Shown here: in pieces, positions 26,067-35,010 of the stretch | Layout: each line of letters starts with the position of its first letter | Numbering within the stretch: position 1 is the stretch's first letter | Assembly: GCA_035644935.1 (NCBI GenBank) | Contig: DASQNO010000118.1 | Span: 12,153 to 76,152 of the forward strand | Length of the DNA: 64,000 nucleotides | Reading direction: 5' to 3' | Origin: Sphingomonadaceae bacterium | GTDB lineage: Bacteria; Pseudomonadota; Alphaproteobacteria; Sphingomonadales; Sphingomonadaceae | Program-made: the position numbers and the translations under genes | Notes under the pieces: generated by a model | The model's input: the letters and a program-made list of their open reading frames with translations, nothing else | Told to the model about the DNA's origin: nothing | The model's database searches: none

Positions 26067-26999
26067 CTACTGTTTGGTGACCACGGCGCCGATGGCGGCG
26101 ATCCGCTCGACCTCCTCGTAACCCGGGTGGTCGAGCTGATCGCCGAAGATGTCGGGGTCGAGCTCGCGATAGCGCAGGGTGCAGCCAAGCGCGGGCAGCT
26201 CGTCCTCCAGCGCGCGGCGCAGGCCGTCGACGCCGCCGACGATCGAGGAGCCGGTGTACAGCAGCACGCGCCCGCCCGGCGCGACCTTTTCCGCGGCCGC
26301 CAGCGTCCAATCGAGCGACAGCCGCGCGCCGTACATGTCGCCGCCCGCGCGGTAGGCGGGGCCGTTGTCGTCGATGATGAAGGGCGGGTTGGCGATCGCA
26401 ACATCGAAGCCGGGCTCGACGGCCGCCACGGCGTCGCTCTCGTACGTCGTCGCCGCGACGCCGGCATGGGCGGCGTTGACCCGCGCCAGGCTCAACGCGG
26501 AGCGGTTGATGTCCACCAACTCGATCGCCGCATCTGGCAACGTCATCCCCGCGATGATCCCGCCGGCGCCAGCGCCCGCGCCGATGTCGACAAGGCGGGC
26601 GACGCCATCGCCGGCGGACAGTTCCGCGACGAGGAAGTCGGCGAAGCGGATGCTGTCGGGCCCGAGGAACACGGACTCGTCGGACGTGGTCGGATAGGCC
26701 GAATGCAGGAACAGCTGCCCGCGCACGCAGCTCGCGCGAACCTTGCTGACCAGCCCGGCCGCGGTATCGCGGAGCAGCCGCGCCCGCGTCATCAGCTCTA
26801 GAATCTCGGGCCCGACCACGGCCGCATCGAACGGCAGGCTCCACCCGAACACGCCGCGCAGATCCCGCGCGGTGCGCATCGACGCGCGCGCCACGACACG
26901 CCGGTGCGTTTCGGGCGTCGGCGCGGTGAAGGCGTAACCGGAGGCGTCGAGAGTGCGCAGCAAGGCAAGAGCCGCCTGCTCGGCGTCGGACAAGGTCAT
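26067..26999 (-). CDS. Class I SAM-dependent methyltransferase (small-domain/NPPF type)
   Basis: Motif I VDIGAGAGAGG and motif IV IANPPF, preceded by a ~120-aa N-terminal domain. ATG at 26999 (MTLSDAEQ). Confidence 0.75.
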   Translation of the reverse strand: MTLSDAEQAALALLRTLDASGYAFTAPTPETHRRVVARASMRTARDLRGVFGWSLPFDAAVVGPEILELMTRARLLRDTAAGLVSKVRASCVRGQLFLHSAYPTTSDESVFLGPDSIRFADFLVAELSAGDGVARLVDIGAGAGAGGIIAGMTLPDAAIELVDINRSALSLARVNAAHAGVAATTYESDAVAAVEPGFDVAIANPPFIIDDNGPAYRAGGDMYGARLSLDWTLAAAEKVAPGGRVLLYTGSSIVGGVDGLRRALEDELPALGCTLRYRELDPDIFGDQLDHPGYEEVERIAAIGAVVTKQ

Positions 27000-27016
27000 A
27001 AGCGTCGGGGCGTCGG

Positions 27017-27940
27017 TCAGACGGACGACCTTGCGAGCGGCATGGTGAGGCAATGGATGCCGCCGCCGCACCGCGTGAACTGCGACACGTCGACCGGCAG
27101 GACCTCGTAGCCGCGGCGGCGCAGTTGCGTGTTGACGTTGTCGTTGTCGGCCGAGGTCAACACGCGCCGGTCGCCCAGGCTGACGACGTTGCACCCGAGC
27201 TTGCGCGCCTGCTTGTAGCTGACGGGCAGGATTTCCATGCCGTCCGCTTCCATCTCCTCGATGAAAGCGTCGTCGAGCACATCGCGGCAGCCCAGCGCCA
27301 GATCGTCGTCGACAACGGCGAAGATCGTATCGAGGTGGAGGAAGTGCGGGTCGAAATGGTGCAGCATCGCGTGCCAACCGCGCCGCCGGAACATGCCGGC
27401 CAGCGCTTGGGCACCCTCTTCATCGGTGCGACCGCCTGTGACGCCGATGATCACCAGGCCAGGGCGCAGGATGCATATGTCACCCCCTTCGATCATGCCG
27501 CGTTCTATCCGTCCCAGCACGGGCACGCCGGCCGCTCTCGCCTCGGCCATGACGTGGTCCACCTCGGCGCGGCGGTGAAAGGCGCCGGGGCGCAGGCCGA
27601 CGAGACCCCAAGGCGTCATCAGCGTCGTGTCGCGGGCGAAAGCCTGGTCGGCGAGACCGGGCGCGGCGCGAGCGATCACCGTTTCTACGCCTGCGTCCTG
27701 AAGCGTCTGAACCAGCGCGGCATGCTGCGCCGCCGCGGCGCGCGGCGACACGTTCATGCCCTTTCGCAAAGCTTCGCGCGTCACCGAGTTGCACGGCACC
27801 ATCGCAAGGTGATCCGGCGCGGACAACAGCACCCGAGTCAGTCGGCCGAACTCGCTATCGACACCGAACTCCCGCCGAGCGGGTCCCCGCGACGTCTCGG
27901 TCTTGAGAACCCCGGTGTGCGGAGCGTAATCAGTGTACAT
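27017..27940 (-). CDS. Amidinotransferase-fold enzyme (arginine deiminase/DDAH-like guanidino-modifying)
   Basis: ARDTTLMTPWG, FLHLDTIF and the C-terminal catalytic-Cys block CGGGIHCLTMPL are characteristic of this superfamily. Confidence 0.75.
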   Translation of the reverse strand: MYTDYAPHTGVLKTETSRGPARREFGVDSEFGRLTRVLLSAPDHLAMVPCNSVTREALRKGMNVSPRAAAAQHAALVQTLQDAGVETVIARAAPGLADQAFARDTTLMTPWGLVGLRPGAFHRRAEVDHVMAEARAAGVPVLGRIERGMIEGGDICILRPGLVIIGVTGGRTDEEGAQALAGMFRRRGWHAMLHHFDPHFLHLDTIFAVVDDDLALGCRDVLDDAFIEEMEADGMEILPVSYKQARKLGCNVVSLGDRRVLTSADNDNVNTQLRRRGYEVLPVDVSQFTRCGGGIHCLTMPLARSSV

Positions 27941-27945
27941 CCCGC

Positions 27946-28854
27946 TCAGCCCCACAGCGCCGCGCGATAACGCGCGAAGCAGCGCTCGCCGGCCTTCAGG
28001 CGGATCAAGGCGCCTTCCGCGATGCCCCGGGCGCGGCGCGGATCCTCCGAAATGAGCGGGATCAGCGCGTCGCGGTTCCAATCCTCGCTGTGTTTGATGT
28101 CGAGGACGGCGTGGAGATCGAAATATCGGCGTTCCGGACCCGAGAAACCCAGCCGGCGAAGCCCCGCGCCTGTCGCGGCGGCGCGCGCGGGGGCGGTGAG
28201 TTCAATGACGCCCAGCGCGCCGACCGACTGCCAGGCATAGCGGCGCGTCGCGGCCATCGCGGTCATCGCGTTGGCCAGTGCGAGGCTCTCCCAAACGGTG
28301 GTCTCGATCCGCGGCTTGAGGCCCAGCGTTTCGATCAGTCCGTCCAGCATCGGCCCGTGCATGCCCCTGATATTGCCGCGGCCCATTTCGTCCCAATAAT
28401 TGCGCGCCAGCTCCATCTTCGGGGTCGCCGGCAGCTTTACCTGCGTCATCGCAACGAGATCGTCGAACCCCGCCTCGCCCGCGGCCTCCTGTTCCAGGAA
28501 CCAGGCGAACTCCTCACGCGTCGCGGTTTCCGCGAGCCAAGGGAACAGCGGGTCGTTCTCGCCCGGGCCCGTGCCCTTCAACGCTTCGAACCAGGCGATG
28601 AAGCCATCGACGTCGGTGGGCGCGGCGGCGGCCTCGTCCGCGACCTCAGCGCGAAGCTCCTCCATGAAGCCGCCTTCCAGCCGCTGCATGCGCACGTCGT
28701 TCTCGAACCCTTCGCGCCAGTCGGCGGTGGCGAACTGCGGCGCCAGCCGCTCGTGGTTCCACGCGCTCAGCGCCTGCTGGAACCCGTCATTCAGAAACTG
28801 CGACGCGGACGCAGCCGCCACGCCGGTGAATTTGGTCGCCATGCGAGATGTCAT
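27946..28854 (-). CDS. Heme-oxygenase-like di-iron enzyme (iron-containing redox enzyme family, Haem_oxygenas_2-like)
   Basis: Ligand-type motifs NYWDEMGRGNIRGMH (E..x..H), VIELTAP and YFDLHAVLDIKHSEDW (HxxxDxxH). Its stop lies 5 nt from the next gene's start. Confidence 0.7.
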   Translation of the reverse strand: MTSRMATKFTGVAAASASQFLNDGFQQALSAWNHERLAPQFATADWREGFENDVRMQRLEGGFMEELRAEVADEAAAAPTDVDGFIAWFEALKGTGPGENDPLFPWLAETATREEFAWFLEQEAAGEAGFDDLVAMTQVKLPATPKMELARNYWDEMGRGNIRGMHGPMLDGLIETLGLKPRIETTVWESLALANAMTAMAATRRYAWQSVGALGVIELTAPARAAATGAGLRRLGFSGPERRYFDLHAVLDIKHSEDWNRDALIPLISEDPRRARGIAEGALIRLKAGERCFARYRAALWG

Positions 28855-29104
28855 CCGTTGCGTATGGAGACTCGATCAACACGCCGGTTGCCGGTCCGTT
28901 CCTGCCTCGCGCGCCGCCGAACCGCGCTGGGACAGTCAAGCTGCGCTCTATGTTAACGCAAAGCCGCAGAATGACGTTCGCAGATGAAAGCGGTGCGTTT
29001 GCAGAAGAGCGGGCGCGCGCCGCAGCGGCCGCACCGCGCCGCCTTGCAAATCGCCCCGCCGCTTGTAGCGTCGAGACAGCACGCCTCCCAAGAAAGAAGC
29101 ATTC

Positions 29105-31195
29105 ATGATCAAGCCCTTGCTCCTGGCCGGCCTGGCGACTTTCGCGCTCGGCGCCGCGTCGGCGCAGACCGCCCGAACGCCTGCCAAGACGCCCGCTAAG
29201 GCCTCCGCGAAGCCGGCCGCCGCCGCAGCCAAACGCCCGACCTTCGGCAAATGGGGCTTCGACGTTGCCGGAATGGACCGCACGGTGAAGCCCGGCGACA
29301 GCTTCTTCGGATACGCCAACGGCAACTGGGACAGGAACACGCCGATTCCCGCCGACAAGTCGTCCTGGGGGGGCTTCGGCGTGCTGCGCGACCTGTCCGA
29401 CCAGCGCACCCGCGCCATCCTGGAGGAGGCGGCGCGCAGCAACGCCGCCGCCGGGAGGCCCGCGCACAAAGTCGGCGCGCTTTACGCGACCTTCATGGAC
29501 GAGGCGGCGATCGAGCGCGCGGGCGTCGCGCCCTTGAAGCCCTATTTCGCCAGGATCGATGCAATCAGCACCCCGGGCCAACTGGCGCACGCCTTCGGCA
29601 TGGCGAACCGCATGGGGATATCGACCCCGATCGGCGGCGGCGTCCGCCAGGACCTCAAGGACAACACGCAATACGGCGTGTACATGAGCCAGGGCGGGCT
29701 CGGCCTGCCCGACCGCGACTATTATCTGGACGACGCCAACCCCAAGTTCGTCGCCGCGCGCGCCGCCTACCAGACGCACGTCGCCAACATGCTGCGCCTG
29801 GCCGGGATCACCGACCCCGCGGGCCGGGCGCAGCGCATCTACGAACTGGAAAAGAAGATTGCGCAGGCGCACTGGACCCGCGCGCAATCTCGCCAGGTCG
29901 AAAAGCGCTACAACCCGATGCCGACGGCGGGCCTGGGCACCGCGATGCCCGGGTTCGACTGGAACGCGTACCTGAAAGCCGCCAGCCTCGACACGCGGCC
30001 GCAGGTCATCGTGTCGCAGCCCAGCGCGCTGACCGGCACCGCGCAGCTGATCGCGTCCGAGCCGCTGCAGACGTGGAAGGATTATCTGACGCTGCGCACG
30101 CTGTCGCGCGCGGCGCCGATGCTGTCCAAGGCGTTCGTCGATGAAAGCTTCAACTTTTACGGCAAGACGCTGGCCGGCACGCCGCAGATCGAGGAGCGCT
30201 GGAAGCGGGGCGTCGGCTTTGCCGGAAGCGCGATGGGCGAGGCCGTGGGCGAGATGTACGTCGCGCGCCACTTCACGCCTGAGGCGAAGGCCAAGATGGA
30301 CGTGCTGGTGAAGAACGTCATCGCGGCGATGGATCGGCGGCTGGCGGGCCTCGACTGGATGGCGCCCGAGACGCGGGTCAAGGCGCGCGCCAAGCTGGCC
30401 GCGTTCACGCCTAAGATCGGATACCCCGAGAAATGGCGCGATTATTCGCGGCTGGAGGTGCGGCCGGGCGACCAGCTGGGCAACGCGTTCCGCGCCATCG
30501 AATTCGAGTACCAACGCAACCTCGACAAGATGGGCAAGCCCGTCGACCGCACCGAATGGGGCATGACGCCGCAGACGGTGAACGCCTACGCCAATTTCGG
30601 CATGAACGAGATCGTGTTCCCGGCCGCGATCCTGCAGCCGCCGTTCTTCGATCCCGACGCCGACGACGCCGTGAACTATGGCGGTATCGGCATGGTCATC
30701 GGGCACGAGATCAGCCACCATTTCGACGACCAGGGCCGCAAGTTCGACGCGGCGGGCAACCTCGCCGACTGGTGGACGCCGCAGGACATCGCGCGGTTCA
30801 AGGCGCTGACCGACAAGGTCGTCGCGCAATATGCCGCGTACGAGCCGCTGCCTGGCAGCAAGGTCAACGGCGAGTTGACGCTGGGCGAGAACATCGCCGA
30901 CCTGGCGGGGCTGACCGTCGCCTACGACGCTTACAAGATGAGCCTGGGCGGCAGGCCGGCCAAGGTCATCGACGGCTATACGGGCGACCAACGCTTCTTC
31001 CTGGGCTTCGCGCAGGTGTGGCGCAACAAGTATCGCGAGCCCGCGCTGCTGCAGAACCTGGTGACGGACAGCCACACGCCGGGGCACTTCCGCCCCAACG
31101 TCGCGCGCAATTTCGACCCTTGGTACGCGACGTTCGGCGCCAAGGCGGGCGACGCGCTGTACCTGTCGCCGGAAGACCGGATCCGGATCTGGTAG
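29105..31195 (+). CDS. M13 family zinc metallopeptidase (PepO/endothelin-converting-enzyme-like), secreted
   Basis: VIGHEISHHF (HExxH), GENIADLAGL and NAYANFGMNEIVFPAAILQPPFF. N-terminal signal peptide. Confidence 0.92.
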   Translation: MIKPLLLAGLATFALGAASAQTARTPAKTPAKASAKPAAAAAKRPTFGKWGFDVAGMDRTVKPGDSFFGYANGNWDRNTPIPADKSSWGGFGVLRDLSDQRTRAILEEAARSNAAAGRPAHKVGALYATFMDEAAIERAGVAPLKPYFARIDAISTPGQLAHAFGMANRMGISTPIGGGVRQDLKDNTQYGVYMSQGGLGLPDRDYYLDDANPKFVAARAAYQTHVANMLRLAGITDPAGRAQRIYELEKKIAQAHWTRAQSRQVEKRYNPMPTAGLGTAMPGFDWNAYLKAASLDTRPQVIVSQPSALTGTAQLIASEPLQTWKDYLTLRTLSRAAPMLSKAFVDESFNFYGKTLAGTPQIEERWKRGVGFAGSAMGEAVGEMYVARHFTPEAKAKMDVLVKNVIAAMDRRLAGLDWMAPETRVKARAKLAAFTPKIGYPEKWRDYSRLEVRPGDQLGNAFRAIEFEYQRNLDKMGKPVDRTEWGMTPQTVNAYANFGMNEIVFPAAILQPPFFDPDADDAVNYGGIGMVIGHEISHHFDDQGRKFDAAGNLADWWTPQDIARFKALTDKVVAQYAAYEPLPGSKVNGELTLGENIADLAGLTVAYDAYKMSLGGRPAKVIDGYTGDQRFFLGFAQVWRNKYREPALLQNLVTDSHTPGHFRPNVARNFDPWYATFGAKAGDALYLSPEDRIRIW

Positions 31196-31203
31196 GGTGA
31201 AAT

Positions 31204-31225
31204 CCTCTCCCGCGTGCGGGAGAGG
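31204..31225. terminator. Perfect 10-bp hairpin just after the M13 peptidase stop (terminator or repeat arm)
   Basis: CCTCTCCCGC-GT-GCGGGAGAGG. No T-run follows, and it resembles the arms of family C repeats. Confidence 0.4.
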
Positions 31226-31240
31226 GTGCCTTCAACTCTT

Positions 31241-31356
31241 CGTCATCCCGGCGGAAGCCGGGACCCAAGTACGCGAGATTTGCGGGTGTGGGACGAACTC
31301 GTCGCTGGACCTGCGAAGTTCCGTGTACTTGGGTCCCGGCGTTCGCCGGGATGACG
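31241..31356. repeat. MITE-like inverted-repeat element, family B
   Basis: Left arm CGTCATCCCGGCGGAAGCCGGGACCCAAGTAC (31241-31272). Right arm GTACTTGGGTCCCGGCGTTCGCCGGGATGACG (31325-31356). Confidence 0.85.
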
Positions 31357-31378
31357 GTATGCCAACCTGGATGTTCCC

Positions 31379-32611
31379 CTGCCCCACTTCGCCTTCATCG
31401 CGCCGCCGCTTCCCGGCCATTTCAACCCGCTGCTGGCGCTGGCTGGCGAACTCGTGCGGCGGGGGCATCGGGCGACGTTTCTGCATCAGCCGGACGCCGC
31501 GCGCATGGTGGCGGGGGCGGGGATCGGGTTTCATGCGATCGGCGCGGACACATACCCGCCGGGATCGCTGGACGCGTGGATCGGGCGGATGGCGCGGCTC
31601 AACGGGCCGGTGGGCCTGCGCGGCCTGATCGCCGAGACGGCGGCGCAGACAGACATGATCGCGCGCGAGGCGCCGGGTGCGATGCGCGCGCTGGGCGTCG
31701 ACGCGGTGGTCGCGGACCAGATGGAGCCCGGGGCGGGCCTTGCCGCCGAGCATCTGCGGCTGCCGTTCGTCACCACCGCCACGGGCCTGCCGATCAACCG
31801 CGAGCCGGGCGTGCCGCCGCCCTACGTCGCCTGGGACTATGACGCGTCCGAACGCGGCGTGTGGAAGAACACTGGCGGCTATCGCGTTTCCGACTGGCTG
31901 ATGTCGGGGGTCGGGGACGTCATCGAGGGCAATGCCCGCCGCCTGCGCCTGCCGCGCCGCCGCCGCGCCGATCAGGGCTTTTCGCCCTACGCGCAGATCG
32001 CGCAGGCGGTGGCGGGTGTCGATTTTCCCCGGCGCGAACTGCCCGGCAGCTTTCATTATCTCGGGCCCTGGCGGGATGCCGACGGCGAGTGGACGCTGCC
32101 CGATCCCGACGGGCGGCCGCTGGTCTTCTGTTCGCTGGGTTCGCTGCAGGGTTCGCGCGGGGAGATCTTCCGCAACGTCGCGAGCGCCTGCCACGAACTC
32201 GGGCTGCGGCTGGTGGTGGCGCACGGCGGGCGGCTGGCGCCCCGCGATGCGGCGCGGCTGCCGGGGGACCCCCTCGTCGCCGCCTATCTGCCGCAGCGCG
32301 CGGTGCTGGCGCAGTGCGCGGTGGCGATCACGCATGCCGGGTTCAATACGGTGCTGGACGCGCTGAGCTTCGGCGTGCCGCTGGTCGCGATCCCGCTGGC
32401 GTTCGAGCAGCCGGCCACGGCGGCGCGGCTCGCGCGCGCGGGGGTGGCGGAGATCGTTGCAAAGGGGGCGGGGCCGAAGGCGCTGAAGCGGGCGGTGGCG
32501 CGGGTGTTGGCCGAGCCGGGGTATCGCGAGGCGGCGGGCCGTGTGCGGGCGGACATCACGGCGGCGGGTGGGGTGACGCGCGCGGCGGATCTGGTGGAGG
32601 GGTGCCTCTAA
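31379..32611 (+). CDS. crtX: MGT-family glycosyltransferase, zeaxanthin glucosyltransferase (CrtX)-like; start codon unresolved
   Basis: HFAFIAPPLPGHFNPLLALAGELVRRGHRATFL N-terminus and C-terminal HAGFNTVLDALSFGVPLVAIP UDP-sugar motif. Homology begins at 31385, but the only in-frame codons after the upstream TGA (31352) are CTG 31367 and CTG 31379. The first GTG is at 31454. Confidence 0.7.
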   Translation: MPHFAFIAPPLPGHFNPLLALAGELVRRGHRATFLHQPDAARMVAGAGIGFHAIGADTYPPGSLDAWIGRMARLNGPVGLRGLIAETAAQTDMIAREAPGAMRALGVDAVVADQMEPGAGLAAEHLRLPFVTTATGLPINREPGVPPPYVAWDYDASERGVWKNTGGYRVSDWLMSGVGDVIEGNARRLRLPRRRRADQGFSPYAQIAQAVAGVDFPRRELPGSFHYLGPWRDADGEWTLPDPDGRPLVFCSLGSLQGSRGEIFRNVASACHELGLRLVVAHGGRLAPRDAARLPGDPLVAAYLPQRAVLAQCAVAITHAGFNTVLDALSFGVPLVAIPLAFEQPATAARLARAGVAEIVAKGAGPKALKRAVARVLAEPGYREAAGRVRADITAAGGVTRAADLVEGCL

Positions 32612-32612
32612 A

Positions 32613-32760
32613 GTCTTCCCCCCGCTCTCGCGGTGGAGGGATCATGCCGCGAAGCGGTGTGGTGGAGAGGCATCTTCGACGATGCCTTGGCGCTGCAAAA
32701 CCCCTCCACCATCCGGCTTCGCCGGACGGTCCCCCTCCCCGCAAAGGCGGGGGAGGACTG
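32613..32760. repeat. Family C repeat element
   Basis: AAAACCCCTCCACCATCC..GGTCCCCCTCCCCGCAAAGGCGGGGGAGGAC with a partial inverted left arm. Lies between convergent crtX and crtW. Confidence 0.7.
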
Positions 32761-32764
32761 AAGG

Positions 32765-33505
32765 CTAGCCCCGCCGCTCGGCCGGCAGTCTCCACCAGGG
32801 CAGATGCGGCGCGCGGTGGTGTTCGTGGTGGTAGCCGAAGTGGAAGCAGGTGATCAGCGACAGCCAGCCGGGGTAGTCGTTGCTGCGGGCGCGGTGCCGG
32901 TCCCGAAAGTCTTCGGCCTCGTGACGGTGCGGCAGGAAGGTGCCGAACGCGAACAGCTGCAGCGATGACAGGATCGACGGCACGCCCCAGAACAGGATCA
33001 TGTTGAGCGGCGGCGCGCCCAGCGCGAGCAGGTAGAACCAGAAGATCGCGAAAAGCACCGCGAATTCGCGCAGGCCGAAATATTCGCGGAAGAAATTGAG
33101 GTACCAGGGCCAGAACCGCGTCGGGTGATCTTCGGCGAAATCGGGATCGTCGGCGGTGCCGGCGTGCCGGTGATGCGCGTGATGCTTGGCGAGGAAGCGG
33201 TCGAACCAGAAGCCTGCATAGAGCGCCAGCGCGACCCGCCCGACCCAGCGGTTCACCGCCGGCCGCCCGGGCGCCAGCGAGCCGTGCATACAATCGTGCG
33301 CGACGATGAACAGGCCGACGTTGAGCCAGCAGAGCACGGGCACGAGCAGCGCGGCGGCGAGGAGGCCCCAGCCCGCAAGCTCCAGCGCGAAGACCGCATA
33401 GATATGAAGGACCACGTAAGAAACGGCGACGCCGCCGGCGAGCGCGAGGCCGATCGCGGCCTGGCGGTCCTTGGCGGCCGAACCGGAGAGGGGCAGCGAA
33501 GCCAT
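32765..33505 (-). CDS. crtW: Beta-carotene ketolase CrtW (membrane di-iron desaturase family)
   Basis: His boxes HDCMH, HHAHHRH and HHEHH in a four-TM protein of 246 aa. Confidence 0.85.
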   Translation of the reverse strand: MASLPLSGSAAKDRQAAIGLALAGGVAVSYVVLHIYAVFALELAGWGLLAAALLVPVLCWLNVGLFIVAHDCMHGSLAPGRPAVNRWVGRVALALYAGFWFDRFLAKHHAHHRHAGTADDPDFAEDHPTRFWPWYLNFFREYFGLREFAVLFAIFWFYLLALGAPPLNMILFWGVPSILSSLQLFAFGTFLPHRHEAEDFRDRHRARSNDYPGWLSLITCFHFGYHHEHHRAPHLPWWRLPAERRG

Positions 33506-33531
33506 AAGCGGAGCTTAGCCTAAACGCGCGC

Positions 33532-33978
33532 TCACAGGAAATATTTCATCCGCACTGGCATGCGCGACGCGCCCGCGGGGACGGCGAAGCGGACGTCGCG
33601 GAAGGCGGGCGGGCCGAAGCGCACCACCGGATTGCGCGAGAAGCCGAAGCCTTCGCGCGGGATCTTCATCGTCGTGTCGAAGCGCCCATTGCGGTTCTCG
33701 TCGTGCATCACCGACAGCGCGTAGTCGCGGGGCTTGAGCGCGTCGAAAACGAGGCCGTCCGCCTTGCCGGCGGGCACGCGCAACTTGCGCGCGGCGGGAT
33801 CGGCGGCGCAATCGGGGAAGTGCCGGGGGTTGGCCGACAGGCAGAGGAAGAGTTCGCCCTTGGCGTTGCGCACGCCCGACAGGTCGACGCGCAGTTCGCC
33901 CGTCGGCTCGGCGGCGGCGAGAAGCAGCGGGGCGGCGGCTGCGGCCAAGAGCAGTCGAGTAGCGTGTGTTTTCATCAT
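33532..33978 (-). CDS. DUF2141 domain protein, secreted
   Basis: Signal peptide MMKTHATRLLLAAAAAPLLLAAA, then GELFLCL...MHDENRNGRFDT...PREGFGFSRNP, typical of DUF2141. Confidence 0.7.
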   Translation of the reverse strand: MMKTHATRLLLAAAAAPLLLAAAEPTGELRVDLSGVRNAKGELFLCLSANPRHFPDCAADPAARKLRVPAGKADGLVFDALKPRDYALSVMHDENRNGRFDTTMKIPREGFGFSRNPVVRFGPPAFRDVRFAVPAGASRMPVRMKYFL

Positions 33979-34010
33979 CGCGCGCTGCGCCTCCGGCCTT
34001 GAACGCGGGG

Positions 34011-35009
34011 TTAAGCCGCCTTTGCTCTGGCGACCACGTCCGCGATCAATTCCACCAGCTCGTCTTGGTGCGAATAATGGACCATGTGGCCCGCCCCGGC
34101 GATGCGGCGGAACAGGCTGCCCGGTAATTCGCGATGCAGGCGTTCGGACTCGTCCGTCGCGTCCACCAGCAGATCGCCGTCGCCCGCGGCGATGCCGACG
34201 GGCATGGCAAGGTCGGTGCATCGTTTGGCGAGGCCGACAGCGCTGGGCACCATCAACGCGGCGTCGGCGGCCTCCGCGCGGATCTGCGACGGGCGCAGCG
34301 CCAGGTCGCGATTGGCGGTCATGAACCGCTCGTCCAGTTCGGCGGGCGCGAACAGTCCGGCGGCGACGCCGCGGAACGTGGCGGCGCCCATCACCGGCGA
34401 CAGCGTGTGACGAAGAACGTCGCCAATCAGCGGAATGGCCGGCGGGGCGCCGACCAGCACGTCGACCCGGACGGAGGGGTAGTAGTAGCCGGACAGCAGG
34501 ACGAGGCCCGCGACCTCCGGATCGCGGCCGAGGCCCAGCGCTACCGCGACCAGCGTGCCAAAGCTGTGGCCGACGACCACCGGACGCTCGACGCCCAGGA
34601 TGCGCAGCACGCGCCCGATCAGCGCGGCCTGCGCGGCGGGCGTCCACAACGTGGTGCGCGGCCGATCGGTATAACCGTAGCCGGGTCGGTCGATCGCGAT
34701 GACGCGGTGCGTCGCGGCGAGGCGATCGAGCAGTCCGCTCGCCGCCCAGTCCTCCACGCTGGTGCCGTTGCCGTGCACCAGGACCAGCGCCGGCCCCTGT
34801 CCCCGATCGATGACATGGACGTTGACGCCGTCCACCTGGACCAGGCGCCCGAGCGCGGGATGCCGCTGCTGCGTGCGAAGCGTGCGCGACCGGTTGTAGA
34901 TGGCAAGGCCCGCGAGCGCGGCGGTGCCGATGGCTGCCGCCGCGCCCCACCCGCCCTTGAACGTCCTGCCGGAAGGGACGGCGCGCTGATCCTTGTGGCG
35001 TTTTGGCAT
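34011..35009 (-). CDS. Alpha/beta hydrolase
   Basis: HGNGTS oxyanion region, nucleophile elbow GHSFG and C-terminal AGHMVH. Confidence 0.8.
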   Translation of the reverse strand: MPKRHKDQRAVPSGRTFKGGWGAAAAIGTAALAGLAIYNRSRTLRTQQRHPALGRLVQVDGVNVHVIDRGQGPALVLVHGNGTSVEDWAASGLLDRLAATHRVIAIDRPGYGYTDRPRTTLWTPAAQAALIGRVLRILGVERPVVVGHSFGTLVAVALGLGRDPEVAGLVLLSGYYYPSVRVDVLVGAPPAIPLIGDVLRHTLSPVMGAATFRGVAAGLFAPAELDERFMTANRDLALRPSQIRAEAADAALMVPSAVGLAKRCTDLAMPVGIAAGDGDLLVDATDESERLHRELPGSLFRRIAGAGHMVHYSHQDELVELIADVVARAKAA

Positions 35010-35010
35010 T

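Noticed and set aside
28787-31087. 766-aa minus-strand ORF opposite the M13 peptidase
   Set aside because: The plus-strand frame carries HExxH, GENIADLAG and other M13 motifs, while the antisense translation is Arg/Gly/Ala-rich with no recognisable domain.
31197-31628. 143-aa ORF starting in the MITE and running over the crtX 5' region (includes ATG 31371)
   Set aside because: Its translation is read through repeat arms and has no homology, whereas the other frame matches the glycosyltransferase N-terminus. I kept it only as a possible frameshift partner in the crtX finding.
33532-34950. 472-aa minus-strand ORF covering DUF2141 and the hydrolase region
   Set aside because: Only its last 148 codons (from MMKTH) form the DUF2141 protein. 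The rest is an Arg/Gly/Pro-rich shadow frame over the alpha/beta hydrolase gene, which is read in another frame.
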